DNA of 63,299 bases, filler included, from Chiloscyllium plagiosum (GCF_004010195.1; 8 parts of 8 records of this genome joined end to end with filler, not necessarily neighbours in it), one strand, 5' to 3'. Shown: positions 1-13,900, counted from the first letter of the whole stretch. Made by a program: numbers and translations. Notes: generated by a model not told the origin, from the letters alone.

Positions 1-2395
1 GCTCCAGGCTAACACCACCCTCTGTTTGATTTTATTTTCCCCTGAGATCCACTTGGAACCTCCTGGCCTTACCTTCACCCTGTGCCCCTGAGGCATTGAT
101 TTCTCCATCAAGGGGAAAGGTTTCATCCAGTTTACCCTCTCTATGCCTAAAATAATTCTAGATATCATGATAATCTTCTCCCTAATTCTCCTCTGCTCCA
201 AGGAAAACCCCTGTCTATCTAAACTAGTTTCATAACTAAAACCCTCCAACCCAGGCAGGACACTGGCAAATCTCATCAATATTGCCTTCAGTGCAATCAC
301 ATTCCTTCGATAACATGCACACAACGCTTCAGTATGGCCTAACCAGTGTTTTATTAAGTTGTAGTATCATCCCACCACTCTTCATTGTGAATGTCTAGGC
401 TAATAAAAGCAAATATCCTCCCACTTTTTTAGCCCCTTTATCCAGACGACACAGTACTATAGGGGATCGGTGGGTACATGCACCAAAGATCCTCAGGCCT
501 TTCCAGGGTTCCACCATTCAAAACGTCATACCTCACCGATTATTTTGCCGAATTACATCACCTTACATTTATTCAGAATAATTTCCATTTGCAACTTTTC
601 TCTTCACATACAACCAACCCTTTTATGTCCTCCTGCAAACTAAAGCCATTATGCTCATGACTTACCAACATGACAGTTTTCATTTAATCTGTGAATTCAC
701 TGGTTAATCCTCCTAAATTTGAGTCTCAATCATTGGTGTAAGAGAAATAGCACGGAAATCAACACCAATCCCTACAGAACACCAGGAGACATAGATTTCC
801 AGTCACGCAGACACCCGATGACTATTAACCCCTGCTCCCATCACTCAGCCAGTTCTAGATCCAATCTGTCAAATTAACTCGGATCCCATTGGCTCTGATT
901 ATTGCTATCATCTGGACATTGAGTTATCTCTATGAAAACTACTATCAAATTGTTACACATGACTTCCTCTCAATAAAACCGTGCTGAAAATTGTTGATTT
1001 ATCTTCCAAATGAAGACTAATTTCACTTCTCAATAGTCTCCTTACCACTGAGACGAGCTTGACAGATCTGTGTTTTCATTATTTATCCCTTCCTTCGTCC
1101 TGCATAACAGTGCAACGTTAGCTGATCTACACTCACTTGGCACAACTGCTGTGGCCAGACAGGAATTCTAAATTATTGTCAGAAACCCAACAATTTCATC
1201 CTTTGCATCGCTCAACCGCTTGGTATACTTTTCATCTGCCCTGGAAATATAACCACTTTTTATTCAGCAAGACAACACAGAACATCACGTCATGTGTCCT
1301 AATTTCTGAAAGTACATCACAACACCCCTCCATGATTTCTGTCCAAACATTGTCACTCTTACTAGTGAACACTGACACAACACATTCATTTTTACCACAA
1401 ACTAATCCTCCTGCTCCACTCCAATAACAACACTTAATGGGCAATACTGTTTCCCGAATAATTCTTTTATTATGAATGAGCCTGTAACTTTTAAAAATAT
1501 TTTCCTTTATTTTGACTGCTATTATTTTCTCATGGTCCCCTTTTGCTCTTCTAATTCCTTTGTCTTTCAAACTCCCCCTTGCACGTTCTGTACTCCATAT
1601 TAGTTTCTATTCTTTTGAGATTTCAGTATAGACCGGAAGCCTCCCTTGTTTCTCTTTATCTCCCCCTCCATGCCCTTTGGTGTCCAGAGCCCGCTGCATT
1701 CTTGGTACCACGCAGTGGCTTCCTGGGAAATGTCCTCCCTGTGATTTTCCTATCTCTTTCTTAAATGTGTCACACTGCTCTGACTCAGATTTACCAATAA
1801 GTGTCAGCTTCCAGTCCACTCTGGTCAAGTCATTACCTGATCTTACTAAAATTGTCCTTCCCCTTTTCAGAACTTTGGGCCAATTTCTATTCCTTTGCAG
1901 TACAATCTGAAATCCAACTGATTTACGATCACTGTCTGCAAAGTGCTCCACCATTGATGTTTTACCCAAACGGTCGACTTCATTCCCTAAAGTTAAGTTC
2001 CGGTTCACCCCTCTCTTGCAAGGTCTGGATTAAAATTCACTGTATTAAACACATACTTTGTTCAAATATTCTCCTAGAGGCATTTTCAGAATTGTGCTCC
2101 CTCTAAATTTTTGACAAAATGAATATCCAAGCCTATGCTGAGGAAGTTAAAAACCTCTTTTCTCATTCCCCTATTTAATTTNNNNNNNNNNNNNNNNNNN
2201 NNNNNNNNNNNNNNNNNNNNNNATTTCTCTTTCCAGCCTAAAATACTCTTGTCAGAATTGCAACAGAAGCAACATTCTGTACCGCACACCCCCGCCCCCA
2301 TCATTTTCCATCTTTCCCTGTCTCGCTTGAAGGCACTAAATCCTGGAATATTGAATAGCCACTCCTGACCGGCTCTCAATATGTCTCCGTGATAG
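1..2395 (-). mobile_element. Degenerate CR1-type LINE (ORF2 fragments) in the IgM CH1-CH2 intron
   Basis: Minus-strand fragments such as WLFNIPGFSAFKRDR (endonuclease) and VEHFADSDRKSVGF; QHGF/KSC-type RT remnants; many stops. Near-identical inverted paralog at 24335-27010. Confidence 0.8.
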
Positions 2396-2708
2396 CAACG
2401 GCATCATTTCTTCATTTATGCCTTGTTCATCACACTCTGTCATTAAAACGAATACCATCCAACGTTGCTATCTCCCTTCTGATGTTACCGGCCTACAGAT
2501 TCTATGCCTCCTTGACTCCCTTGCTGTGTCCTCTAAGTTTAGCCTTTCACATTGTCCTGCTGATCTTTCTGTGTGGATCCCAGCTTCTCCAGCACTCTGC
2601 ACAATTATGATTCTTGTATCCATTAACCACAAGAAACCTTGATATATGAGAACTGATTGTATTTTTTATGAAATTCGTCGGATAATGTATGCGATGTGTT
2701 TCCTAAAG

Positions 2709-3020
2709 GTCCAGATATTCTCCAACCAACCCTTCTCCGAACTGTGAGCTCCAGTGAAGAAATCGCAAGCAGCAAGTTTGCAACCGTCGTCTGTTCAATC
2801 ATCGAGTTCCATCCGAAGTCGATCTCCGTGAGTTGGTTGAAAAATGGCCGACCCTTGGATTCTGGCTTCTTCACGTCTCCCGTGTGTGAGGCAAACGGGA
2901 ACTTCTCGGTGACGAGTCGGCTGATGGTCCCTGATGGTGAATGGTTTAACAGCGCGGTCTATACCTGCCAGGTCACCCATGGAGAGAACATTCAAAGTAA
3001 AAACATCACCGCACTCCAGG
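2709..3020 (+). CDS. IGHM: IgM heavy chain CH2 exon, apparently intact
   Basis: 312-bp phase-1 exon, tttcctaaAG|GT...CAG G|GTaag. Translation [44 protein letters not shown]...YTCQVTH keeps both Cys and the Trp and resembles shark C-mu2. Confidence 0.9.
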
Positions 3021-4615
3021 GTAAGAGACACAGACTGAGAGAGCGAAAAATCATTCTGAACTCTGATGTGAATCAAACACACTAATTTATCAGGTGTAGT
3101 AAACAGCACGGTACAGCTTCTCATTTCCCAACATGCCACGTATCTCTTTTCAGTTTGAGTGTTACATGAGCATTGCTCATAATTCAACCTTTAGGCAAGT
3201 CAGAAAAGCATGTTTCCTCTCTATTGAAGATAGATATTTCGACAGTGAGCTTTGTTAAATAGTTTGTTGCCTGACCATGCTGGGAGAGGCATTCAGAGTG
3301 CTGAATCCTTGCCTGGTAGCTGCTTCAAGGATAAGTTTGGGGTGGAGGGGGGATATTGGAGAGATATCTGATTGAAACATAGAAAATACTGAGAGACTGA
3401 GGTCGAGTGAATGTGGAATAGATGCTTTGACTGATAGGCGAGACTAGGACCCAAGGGCACAGTCTCGGGGTCAAAGGGGCACCGTTTAGAACTGAGATGG
3501 GGAGGGTTTCTTCAGCCAAAGCGTGATGAGTCTGTGGAACATGTTGCTGCAGAGGGCTGTGGAGGCCAGGCCATTGTGTGTACTCAAGCCAAAGATAGAT
3601 CGGCTCTTGTTTCGTACGGGGAGAAGGCAGGAGAATGGCTTTAGCCCGAAATGTCGATTTTCCTGCTCGTCGGATGCTGCCTGACCTGCTGTGCGTTTAC
3701 AGCATCATTCTGATCTAAACTCTGGATTGGCCGAACAGCCTTATTCTGATCCTCTATCAAATTGACGTGGTTAAAATATGCAGTGACCCTTACTTGAAAA
3801 TAAATCAAAATGCGTTCAATTCTTCATTCCGTGCTCAGGAATGACCTGTTGGTTGGACATTGTACGACATCGATTTTTATCTGGTACTGAGCTCTTTAAC
3901 TTCATTTATGGGATCAGACCACAGACCAAGTGGCTAACACATTTGTTGAACTGGGATAAATGTGATCTCACTGAGCTTCTTTAAGATGCTCTCTGTAATT
4001 AGTGGATGAGGCAGGAGAATAAATTCTGGTGGGAATGCTACAATAGGGATGAATGAAGTAGGAACTCGAGACAGGCTGATTTAGCCTGGTTTGGGGTGGC
4101 GATGTTTACACAGTGTGTAGTGGATGTCTATAAAATTAGTGACATTTCCATCGCGTTTGTAGATTAATTAAAGACGCTTTTGTTTGTTTTTTTTTTCTCT
4201 CCTGCTCTATGAAGAAATTTAAAAATGCAGCTTGGTAAATAAAGTGAAAGTACAGACCAGTTATGAACTAACTGAATGGAGGGAAAGACTTAAGGAGATG
4301 GGTGTCCTTCTCGATATCCAATGCTGTACTCAATGTCTTGTTTTCAAATCTACTCCAAACAGAGCCCACGAGGAACAATGACATAAATTAGAGAATGACA
4401 TCACACCAATAGCGCAAAGTATTTTTGATCACGTTAAATATAATGAACAGAATTTCCATGGCTGTTCACCGCTCCTGTAACACTTTAGAACTCTGCAAAG
4501 AGTATAATTATTATTTATTATAATCTGTCCAAAATTTGGGATGTGATTTGGCAGTAAGTGTGACCAGCAGCACTTGCACCTGAAGGTTATGAACATGGAA
4601 ATGAACTCATTATAT

Positions 4616-4715
4616 NNNNNNNNNNNNNNNNNNNNNNNNNNNNNNNNNNNNNNNNNNNNTTAATTAATTAANNNNNNNNNNNNNNNNNNNNNNNNNNNNN
4701 NNNNNNNNNNNNNNN
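4616..4715. other. Artificial contig linker (N44-TTAATTAATTAA-N44)
   Basis: The identical 100-bp structure recurs at 20847-20946, 41176-41275, 53558-53657, 59222-59321, 60524-60623 and 62147-62246. The 12-mer gives stops in all six frames. Confidence 0.97.
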
Positions 4716-5479
4716 TGAATACCTTTGCTTCTTCTATTCCTTTCTGCTCTCTCGTCCATTTCAAGTTTATTTGAAATAATGAAAAAGACAGAATAAAATG
4801 CAGAGTGACCGTGGAATTTTGTGGCAATGGTACAGACTGGCTGAGCAAACCACTCTCTTTTCCTAGTGTCACGATTCATTAATTTCACATCAAGAGTAAA
4901 GATGTGTATTTATGTCTTGTAATGGTAGTGAAATTGTTGTGTTGATTCATTACAGATTTCATTTAGAATTACAAAGTTTCACAATCCTTTGTGCGAATCA
5001 ATGTTTCTCACTTCATTCCTAAATTACTGACACATTTTCTGGAGAATGTGAGCTCAGTTATCAACACTCCTGCCCCCAGGGAATGCCTTTCATGAACTCT
5101 ACTCTCAAACTGTCTCCGAATTTTGACGTTTTCAATGTTGTACACGGGAAATTCGAGAGATGGATTGTCAGAGAGACCAAGACAGTGAGTACATGCGTCC
5201 ATGTATTTGTGTTTTTGCTTCTCTATCTGTATGTTCTGTATCTCTGCTCCTGACTATCTATTTGCGTTTGTAAGTACGTGTGTTTGTATTTAGTGTGTAT
5301 TCATATGTGTTTCTACGTTTGTGTATGTCTCTATATCTGTATCTGTGTGCAATGGACTGTTTGTTGTTTCGGAGGTTTGTTCAAAGAAAAGAGTCAATAT
5401 CTCTTTCTCTTTTCTGTCTCTCTTGCTGATGAACTGATGAAATGTTACTGCTCGCCTTGAGGTTTGTCTCGATACGAGC

Positions 5480-5481
5480 GT

Positions 5482-5522
<41 letters not shown>

Positions 5523-5528
5523 CGTGTG
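5480..5528. repeat. (TG)n microsatellite
   Basis: Direct TG run ending in CG/TG dinucleotides. Confidence 0.95.
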
Positions 5529-8400
5529 AAAGAGAGATCATCTATGCCTGCAGTGGGAAAGTCTTTGTCCTGGAGGGACGTTTGAATGAATGATTTCCAA
5601 CCTGATAACTAAGAGGCTTAGAATGTCTCTCTCTCAATCTACACATCTGTCAGTCCGTCTTCTGTTTAAACTGATGCAGTGACACCCTCTAGTGGCTTCC
5701 CCATGCCACTGTTTTGTTTTTGACATGATTCTGGTTCTTCCAGTGTTTCATTATTAGAGTCATGTGACATTTCGATGTTGCTCGAATGAGTGCTGCAGTT
5801 ACTTGCCTCACAGTAAGAGTTTACTGTAACAAAACTGGTTCTTGGATTTTCTACAGCGTCCCATTGGTTTAACGGTGAAAGCATTCGAGACATTTCAAAA
5901 GGCCTGAAATATGTTCTTTATTTTTCATTCCCTAAACTGGCAGCATCAATTCATTTCAAGAATATATTTATAAATACTAAAGTTTTGATTGAAGATGTAC
6001 GATCGAATTGTGACCCATTTCAATTCTGCGTCTCTGAGAGGAACAATATATTGCAGAGTGCGTGAGTTCTGTTTTCTATGGTTTCACCTGGAACGAGCGG
6101 TTCACGTGATCAAACTCAGAGGAAAAGCAATATCCCAGAAATTTCCAGAATTTGTCACTGGTAAAGGCAATATTTTCCCTTCCTTAATTTCCCCTTGAAT
6201 TTTGTGCATTACAAAATATATTCGGAGGTCGGTTAAGCATCAGCCACTTTGTCAGGTCTGGAGACAAATGTGCACCAGGGAACACTGGCAATATCCTTCC
6301 TCGAAATGATATCAAAGGTTGTTTTTTTAAAATATACCAATTGATTACCGTTTCACATCCGCCATTATCGTGAGAAAGTATTGAAGGAGAATGGCAAGAA
6401 AGTGCAAAACAATGAGCATATGACGCTGCATGTAAATAACAGTTTAAATCATAATTCAATGAAACGTGAAGGCATTATGATTGCCCATCCTTTGACATCA
6501 ATGGTTATGCAATCCAATCATCTCGAGAACAGGCCCTGAAAATTCATCATCTGTTATTGCCCTTCCAGAAATTGTTCATTTTAAGGCATTGCAAATTTCA
6601 TACCGATCCACCAGAGGGTGCTATACTCACACTCACTGTTATCATCTACGTCTTTGTCTAATTATGGGTTCTTTGAGTCACCGTCACCACTTGACGTCCC
6701 ACTTACTTTTGTGTCATCTGTAAGCTTGTCAGTTGTACGTTCACTTTATTCAGGATTTAGATGGTGTGTTAATTTGTATCTCTGGTCTTTCACCATTCCC
6801 ATTCACATGAAGAAGTTTGTACCGCAACATTTTCGAAAATGGATCAGTTGTCCTTGTATGGGTGCTCGTGGTAATGGTGATATTTACATCTAATAGTGCC
6901 TGACAATATGATGGCGAGCAAGCATTTGGACACACTGCATCTGACATAGAAACATAAGTTACATTTGCGATGACTTAAGGTAAAGTTAAACGCAATCAGC
7001 TTTTGACAATATATAAGCTCTACAGTATGAAAGCAGGTCATGCAGCTTATAGAAACCAACACCACCCACGGAAAAGCATGCACCCTATCCTGTCCCATTC
7101 CATTAACCAAGCATTTCCCACGGTTCATCCACATAGCTTGCACATCATTGAACTGTGTGCAAATACCCGGAGCACAGCAAGAATGTGTACTCTCCAAAAA
7201 TTGTTCACCCGAAATTGGAATAGAAGTTGTGACACAAGTGCAGTGCGACAGTCCTTGCTAACCACTAAATTACCATTGCAGCCAATGGAGTTTGCCACCA
7301 AAATGCCAAGAAAACAGCATTTGATTCTGCCATGACATACGCTGAAGTTTTTTCAATTATTTATTTATCTAGTTATTTTATTCCAAATCTCTCTGACCCA
7401 CTGGCCTCTCATATCAGTTGCAGGAAACTATCATCGTTAGAGATCAACTGGTGAATACCAGTTCCGATTGTCAAACAACATGAACAACTTTACTTTTCTC
7501 GCGTTGCCTGCAGAAATAATGACCGTTTTGGGACAACATTTGGTTTAAACTCTTGTCCATCGCCGTGTTGTCAGGTGAATAAATTGACTTTGTTGTTCAA
7601 ACAAATAACAAAGAACTGCATTTACTAGATACCTGAAAGAAAAGTGAAATTACCTGGAGAAACTCAGCCAGCCTGGTAGTACCCGTGAAGAAAAAAAAAA
7701 CAAAATCAACATTTCAGTGCCATATCAATAACCGTTTTTCAGAATCTTGTTCATAGTCATGGCATGAATTGAGGATCCCACGAGCTTAAAAGTGGTCCAA
7801 TTGAAGAATGAAACAGCTCCAAGTTCCCTGGCTGTCACCTGATGTCTTTGCCAGTAATGAACCAATGAGCAGAGATCCGGAAATTACTCAATTGTTCCCA
7901 ACTCTTCACGAAAACAATTTTAATTTCGTCCAGTTCTGCTCATGTTCAACGTGATATCTCAGCAAACATGCCGTCTCGAACTCTCTGCTCATTACTCACG
8001 GTTGCAGCTCTTCTAACCGGTAGGTCCACAGCTTGTGGAACATTATGCGTCAGCTGTTTGCCGGGGTACACATTGATTTGCGGTGTCCTGGCATCACAGA
8101 GGCAGGAACACATTTTCCACAGATGAAAATAATCTGGGTCTAAACGTGTCCCAACTCAGCAAAGATTGGAAGAAATTAGCGACTGTACTTGCAAAATGAC
8201 AGTGGAAGAGTTAGGCTGGGAATCCACACAGGACTGAAGCGACCTGAAATGACGGGACAAAGGCCGGACTTTTAAACTAACCGACTGTTTCCAGGTGTCC
8301 CCTTGGAAGGGAAATGGGAAATCATCTCGTTAAACGCGTGGCCTGTGTTTCTTTTTTAAAAAACCTTTTTATTTCATATGTCAAAATCTTGTTGGTCCCA

Positions 8401-8470
8401 ATGGCTGAGTTGTACGAGTTGGATTCTTTTCCAGCTTCCCTGCCTCTTCTTTCTCTGTTTACTGATCAAG
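8401..8470 (+). CDS. Candidate leader exon of TCR V (MAELYELDSFPASLPLLSLFTDQ/G)
   Basis: ATG 8401 is in frame with the phase-1 donor caaG|GTgaac and the acceptor at 8534, giving a 64-bp intron. The peptide is only weakly hydrophobic. Confidence 0.45.
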
Positions 8471-8534
8471 GTGAACGGGCTGCATCTGGGCAATAAGAAT
8501 CATGAATCAACTTTTAAAATTTACTCTCTTACAG

Positions 8535-8841
8535 GGCGCTGTTATGCAGATTCTGTCTCACAAAGACCCGCCGCAATCGCAGTGAATGAGGGGGATGATG
8601 TCCTGTTATTCTGTAATTACACTGCTAAAAGAACCAGTGATCCTTACCTCTTCTGGTACCGGCAGCATTCCAGCGGCTCCATGGAATATCTCCTAAAGAG
8701 AAACCAATATATCAGCACCACAGACAGACTTCCAGGAGACCGTTTTTCCTCGACGTTGGATCATGTGAACCGCACTATCCAGCTGAATATGTTGAATACA
8801 GAACTTCCAGACTCTGCAGTGTATTACTGCGCACTGAACCC
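8535..8841 (+). CDS. T-cell receptor alpha/delta-type V segment, unrearranged
   Basis: ctctcttacAG acceptor; DSVSQRPAAIAVNEGDDVLLFCNYT...PYLFWYRQ...DRFS...DSAVYYCALNP; open frame followed directly by an RSS. Confidence 0.88.
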
Positions 8842-8880
8842 CACAGAGACTCGGAACTGGGCTGACCCCGGACAAAAACT
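8842..8880 (+). other. 23-RSS of TCR V
   Basis: CACAGAG + 23 bp + ACAAAAACT. Confidence 0.93.
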
Positions 8881-10209
8881 GTCAGAGAGCAATTGAACAT
8901 GATAGCATGTCAAGGAAACATTGAGATCAGGGGCGGCTCTGAAGTGGTACCCGCATTCAGACTGATATCGCATACCTCAAGTTCGAACAGAAAACTTTAA
9001 TGATTAATAATCTACTATTAATATGAACTAATTCCTTTAGTTCAAGATATTGGATATAAATAATTTGTTTTGTGTGTTTTGAGATGTCCCAATCTATTTC
9101 ACTGTTCCAGTGATGTTGTAGTGCATAAAATGCAGGAAAAAGTTTCGGTTGAACAGAATTCTCCAGCGACATAGGGAATAGCAGAACTCGTTTGAGATAC
9201 AATAATCTGTCACGTATTTCTAATAATCAAACACTCGTGCAACGAGAACAGCATCAACCACATTGAGGGTTTTTCAGTATTGCCCTGTTATGTCTATATT
9301 TGCAACTGCAGAATAGTGAACGATAGGTTCAGTGATCCAGTATCACACAGACGTGGTTCACATATGAATAAGAAAGGGGTTTGTAAATTATATCTTAACA
9401 ATAATAACCAATCAAAAACATATTGTGATGACTGACTCTGGACTCTGAGCCGTCCAGTCACGTGAAGCTTCTGCGGTCAGTCTGGATGGAACTGAGCATT
9501 TTTCATCCTTCATGTAAGGTTTCCTTCTTTGCCAGCGGGTCACTTCTAGAAATTTATGTTCTATAAAGACCGATGGGTTCCTTTTCATCCTCTGGCAACA
9601 ATTGAGAATTACATGAACCCATTTTGAAACTGAGTCATGAAAGAGACATTCCTGATTCTGGAATAAGGACGCTCGTGGGACTTGGCACCATTCTAGAGTT
9701 AATACATTCTGCGCAGTCAGAGTAACTCTTCCGTTATAGAAGAGGTGAAACCTGTTCATCAAAAAAAATGAGCAGTCATGCAAGTTCATGGTAACCAGTT
9801 GCATGGATAGTTTATAGGAGCGCTCAGTCTTTGTCACAGTACGCCAGTGTGCAGTGATGGAAAACATTGTCTGACAACTCAGTAACACCAACAGCAAGAA
9901 TGTCGTAACTTCTTGTTGATTGAGTCAAGACATTGAAGCGTCAGCTAGAATCAGTAATAGAAGAATGCAGCTCAGAAACAGGCCCACGGGTCCTTCATGT
10001 CTGTATGATAGAATGATGAAAATGTTTCTTGTAACTGAACCTTGGCTGAAATGCACTGCAGGCATAATGTCCAGTTTGTGCATTAAACTTTCTTCGTAGA
10101 AGTTATTTGGAATGCTGAGCAGCTATGACGATCATCAGAAAGCAATTACACAGAAAATGCAAGTCCATACAGTGAATGACTCCTGTAGTAAAAGCAGAAT
10201 ATATTATCA

Positions 10210-10910
10210 AAAGGTTTACAAGGATGTGCGAGGGTTGGACAGTTTGAGCCGTAGTGAGAGGCTGAATAAGCAGGAGCTGTTTCGATTGGACCTTTGGAGG
10301 CTTAGGTGTGATGTTAAAGAGGTGTATAAAATCATTAAGGTCACGGACAGGGCCATGGAATAAGATTCGAGAGTGGGGTGCTGGAAAAGCGCAGCAGGAC
10401 AGGCATCATCCGAGGAGCAGGAGCATTGGCGTTTCGGGCACAAGCCCTTAATCAAGAATTAGATTGTCTCATTCCTCATAAAGGGCGAGTACCAATAATG
10501 TCTATTCTCCCACTCCTAGGACGCTGCATGACTTCTGTGCTTTTCCAGCACCCCACTCTTGAGTCTGATCCAGCATCTGCTGATCTCACTTTCTCCTCAT
10601 TGGACAAGATCACTTCCCCCGGGTGAGGGAGTCCAAAGGTGAGGGTTATAAATTTAAGACGAGAGGGAAAAGAATTAAAAGGGACCAAAGCGGCAACTTT
10701 TTCATGCAAAGGGCTGCATGTTTATGGAGTGAGCTCTGCGAGGAGGTGGTGGAGGCTGAAACACTTGCAAAATTTAAAAGAAACCTTGATGAATCTGAAG
10801 TGTTTAGAGGGATATGGGCAATATGCTTTTAAATGGAAATCAATTTGTTTGGGGTATCTGGTCGTCGTGGACGAATTGGCTCTCTTTCTTTTCTTTATAT
10901 CTCTGAGACT
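10210..10910 (+). mobile_element. CR1 3' fragment interrupted by an inverted pair of Penelope-like termini (about 10362-10600)
   Basis: ERLNKQELF..RRLR..VYKII then RGERFK-like text on either side. The insert is gagagtggggtgctggaaaagc... / ...gcttttccagcaccccactct, an inverted repeat. Confidence 0.7.
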
Positions 10911-13900
10911 CTCTGAAAATAATTTGTCCAATTTCTCTGAACGTGGTGAAAAAATTATAACAGGCTGCCACCAGAGGGCAGTAGTAGCATGAAATATAAA
11001 CATTTACTTATAAAATCAGTGGCAGCGACTCTGGAGGGAACTTGAGAGTGCACTTTTCATGACAATAAACCGAGAGCAGAATTTCATCAATAATCATTAG
11101 AGCACAATAGACAATAAGATGTAAAAGCAGAAAGTGGCCATTCAGTCAACCGGGAGACTACATTTCAATGAGAATATGGATGACTTGAAGATATTAAAAC
11201 CCAATTTTCTGCTTTACTTCCATAACCCTTCACTCTCTTATGGATTAGACGTCTGTCTAAATCGGCAAAATGTTAGAGGAATGTTTCGTTTATCCGTTCA
11301 CAACACTAGCTATTCAGAATTCGTGTATAATTATAGTAAGGAGCCGACAATGATATTTCTAGATTTGTCTTCATTGCAAGTGGGTGTAAGTAACACGCCA
11401 AGGATTGCATTGCATTTGCACAAGACATTGTTGAGAGCACACCAATGAGAGTTTCACAGTCATTTCCAGGTGCTAAGCTTTAACTCCATATTATGAGAAT
11501 ATGGGATCAAATACCTCCAGATAGAATGAAGGGTCCAGGACATCTAACACTTAATCTGAGCAACTGGATTGCGATAGCAGTGACGCTACCAAGATGCTAC
11601 GGACTGCCAATCTGGTAAATGTGCCCCCAATTCTATAAGGAAGAGAAACTCAGGATTTTGACTTTGTTACTGTAAAAGAATGATGATTAGGTTCGAACTT
11701 GGCGTAGTGTGGGTGCTTTGGCGAAGACGTTGTAGTTTCTGGTTCTCCAATAGTTTTGCTGCCTTTGCGGTGATTGTGGAGTTTGTGTGTTCAGAAGGTA
11801 ATGCGGAAGAAGAAATTGAACAAATTTATTGACATAGTAAAACTGCAAACATCGAATTAACATGGGAGCTTGCAGTTCTGATAAATAATGAATACATTTC
11901 TATGACCTCAGTTGCTTGTAAAATAAGTGTGATGCAAAGACTTTTTATGATTGCTTCACCTCAAGATCACTGAGCCCACTTTCCTCTTCTGATCGAATTT
12001 ATCAAACAACAAAGTCTACTCCTCCCATTTTTATTAATCGGATAGTAACATGCATACATTTCATTATTTTGTTCAGACCCATAATGAGCAAGTTACTGTG
12101 TGTATCGGCTGCATGGATTTGTCATAATCAGTGAAATGCTGTTTTGAATGGGCCTCTGGATCTGAGATGAGAAGAACATCATTGATTTCGCTTGTCTCTG
12201 TCTCCATCTCCAATATTCAACGCATTAAGTTTACTACTGAAGGGTCACTAACTTGTTAAACAAGTCGTTTAACTGTTTTGTTTGTTTCTTGCAGTGTACC
12301 TCCACTTTCTAATGCTTTTTGTTAAAAGAAAATAGCAATCCTCTTTCATGCATCTTAACCTCTCTACCTGTGATTTTCGATTGTTTTCTTCAACCTACTG
12401 AGTTAACCATGACTGGTTTAACATCTTAATAGAATCATTCTTCCTCACTGGGATAGCTTTGTTGTTAGTCATGAACCATTTTTTTTTTCCGTGTCTGCCA
12501 ATGTTATTGACCTCATTATCCAATCTACTCCTATTTTTTCCGAAGGACAATATTCAACTTTGAACAGTTACTAATGAGTTAATGAGTGTGGCACTTGAAC
12601 AGTACAGGCGGTCAGGCAGTATCCGTGAAGCAGGAGAATGGACGCTTCAGGCATAATACCTTCATCGTTCGCCGGCTCCCCCGATGCTGCCTGACCGACT
12701 GTGCGTTTCCAGCAACACACTCTTCGACTTTGACCTCCATTCAGTCAACCTTGTCCTCACCTTGCAGTCCTCACCTTGTCACAGTTAATTATGAACCAAG
12801 TTTCTTCACCCCAAACTGAGGGCCAATTTCAGGAATATCATAGTCACTCTTCGCTTGTGTATGAACTATATATTCAGTGAACCCACTCCTGCCTCACAGG
12901 TTTGAAATTCATCAGGGAATGTAGGTGGCGACAAAGAGGAGATGACCTGCTGGTTTTATTGCTGGTCTGTTAATCCAGAGAACCAGATGAATTTCTGGAT
13001 ACACTGGTACTAATCCTGCTCGGGTAGATGGTGGAATTTCAATTTGATAAAAAATAAAACTGAAATTAAGAATCTCATGATAATTATGAATCTATTGTCG
13101 ATTATCTGAAAAACCCACTTGGTTCACTGATGTCTTTAATGAAAAGAAACTGCCATAATTTCCTGGTCTGTCTGACACGTGTCTCAAGACTCACAGAAAT
13201 GTAGTTCACCCTTAACTACCCTCTGTTCGGGATGGTCAATAAACGCTTCCTTACCCGCGACGTCCTCATGCAGTAAATAGGTAAAGAAAATAAAGTGTTG
13301 TTCTTTGCTCCTGTATTAACAGCCGAAAATGTGTTGATCCTGAGACTGGTTTTCTGAGGAATCCCCAAACCCGTTGATACTCTTCATCCTTCATTCTCAC
13401 TCTAATATCCATTCTATGGCAGGATTAACGAGAGGGAGCAGAATTACACGGAAGGATAGGATCAGACCGAGACGAGGCCTGGTGGATTCGCCTTTTTCGC
13501 TGGTGGGGTCCTTGTATGATCTCAGACGAACTTTATCAGCGTCCAACTGGTGATTGTTGCCGCAATGTGAACGCAACAACAATGCTTTCCTTGCACATTT
13601 TCGAATCCTACCAGCTACCTTTCACATCAGCATTTTTTTTTGGTGAACTGTTGAAATAGTATAAGAAAAGCCATCTAGTTTGGCACGTGATGAACACTGA
13701 GTTTTCAAAATGCATTAGAGGCAGGTGAGGATGAAACATGCAATCACACTCTAATCATTTGAGATTGCAAGATTTGCACTATCTGTTGTGCTAGAGAGCA
13801 CGCCGCACATTATTATGCATGCGACCAGTTGTGCCCTTTGTGAACAGGGATATGAGCCGGCATGATAACATTTACAAGCTGTGTAATCAGCAAAGTTAAT

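Noticed and set aside
2709-3020. IgNAR or IgW identity for the C exons
   Set aside because: The sequences match shark C-mu domains and are linked, in contig 3, to a conventional VH-D-D-JH-CH1.
4660-4671. Recurrent palindromic TTAATTAATTAA as a biological motif or CRISPR-like repeat
   Set aside because: Always centred in exactly 44+44 Ns, so it is an assembly linker.
4810-4855. J-like CGNGT stretch
   Set aside because: No F/W-G-x-G, no RSS upstream and no splice donor.
9412-9897. 161-aa minus-strand ORF
   Set aside because: No recognisable domain, splice context or Ig motifs; probably a chance ORF.
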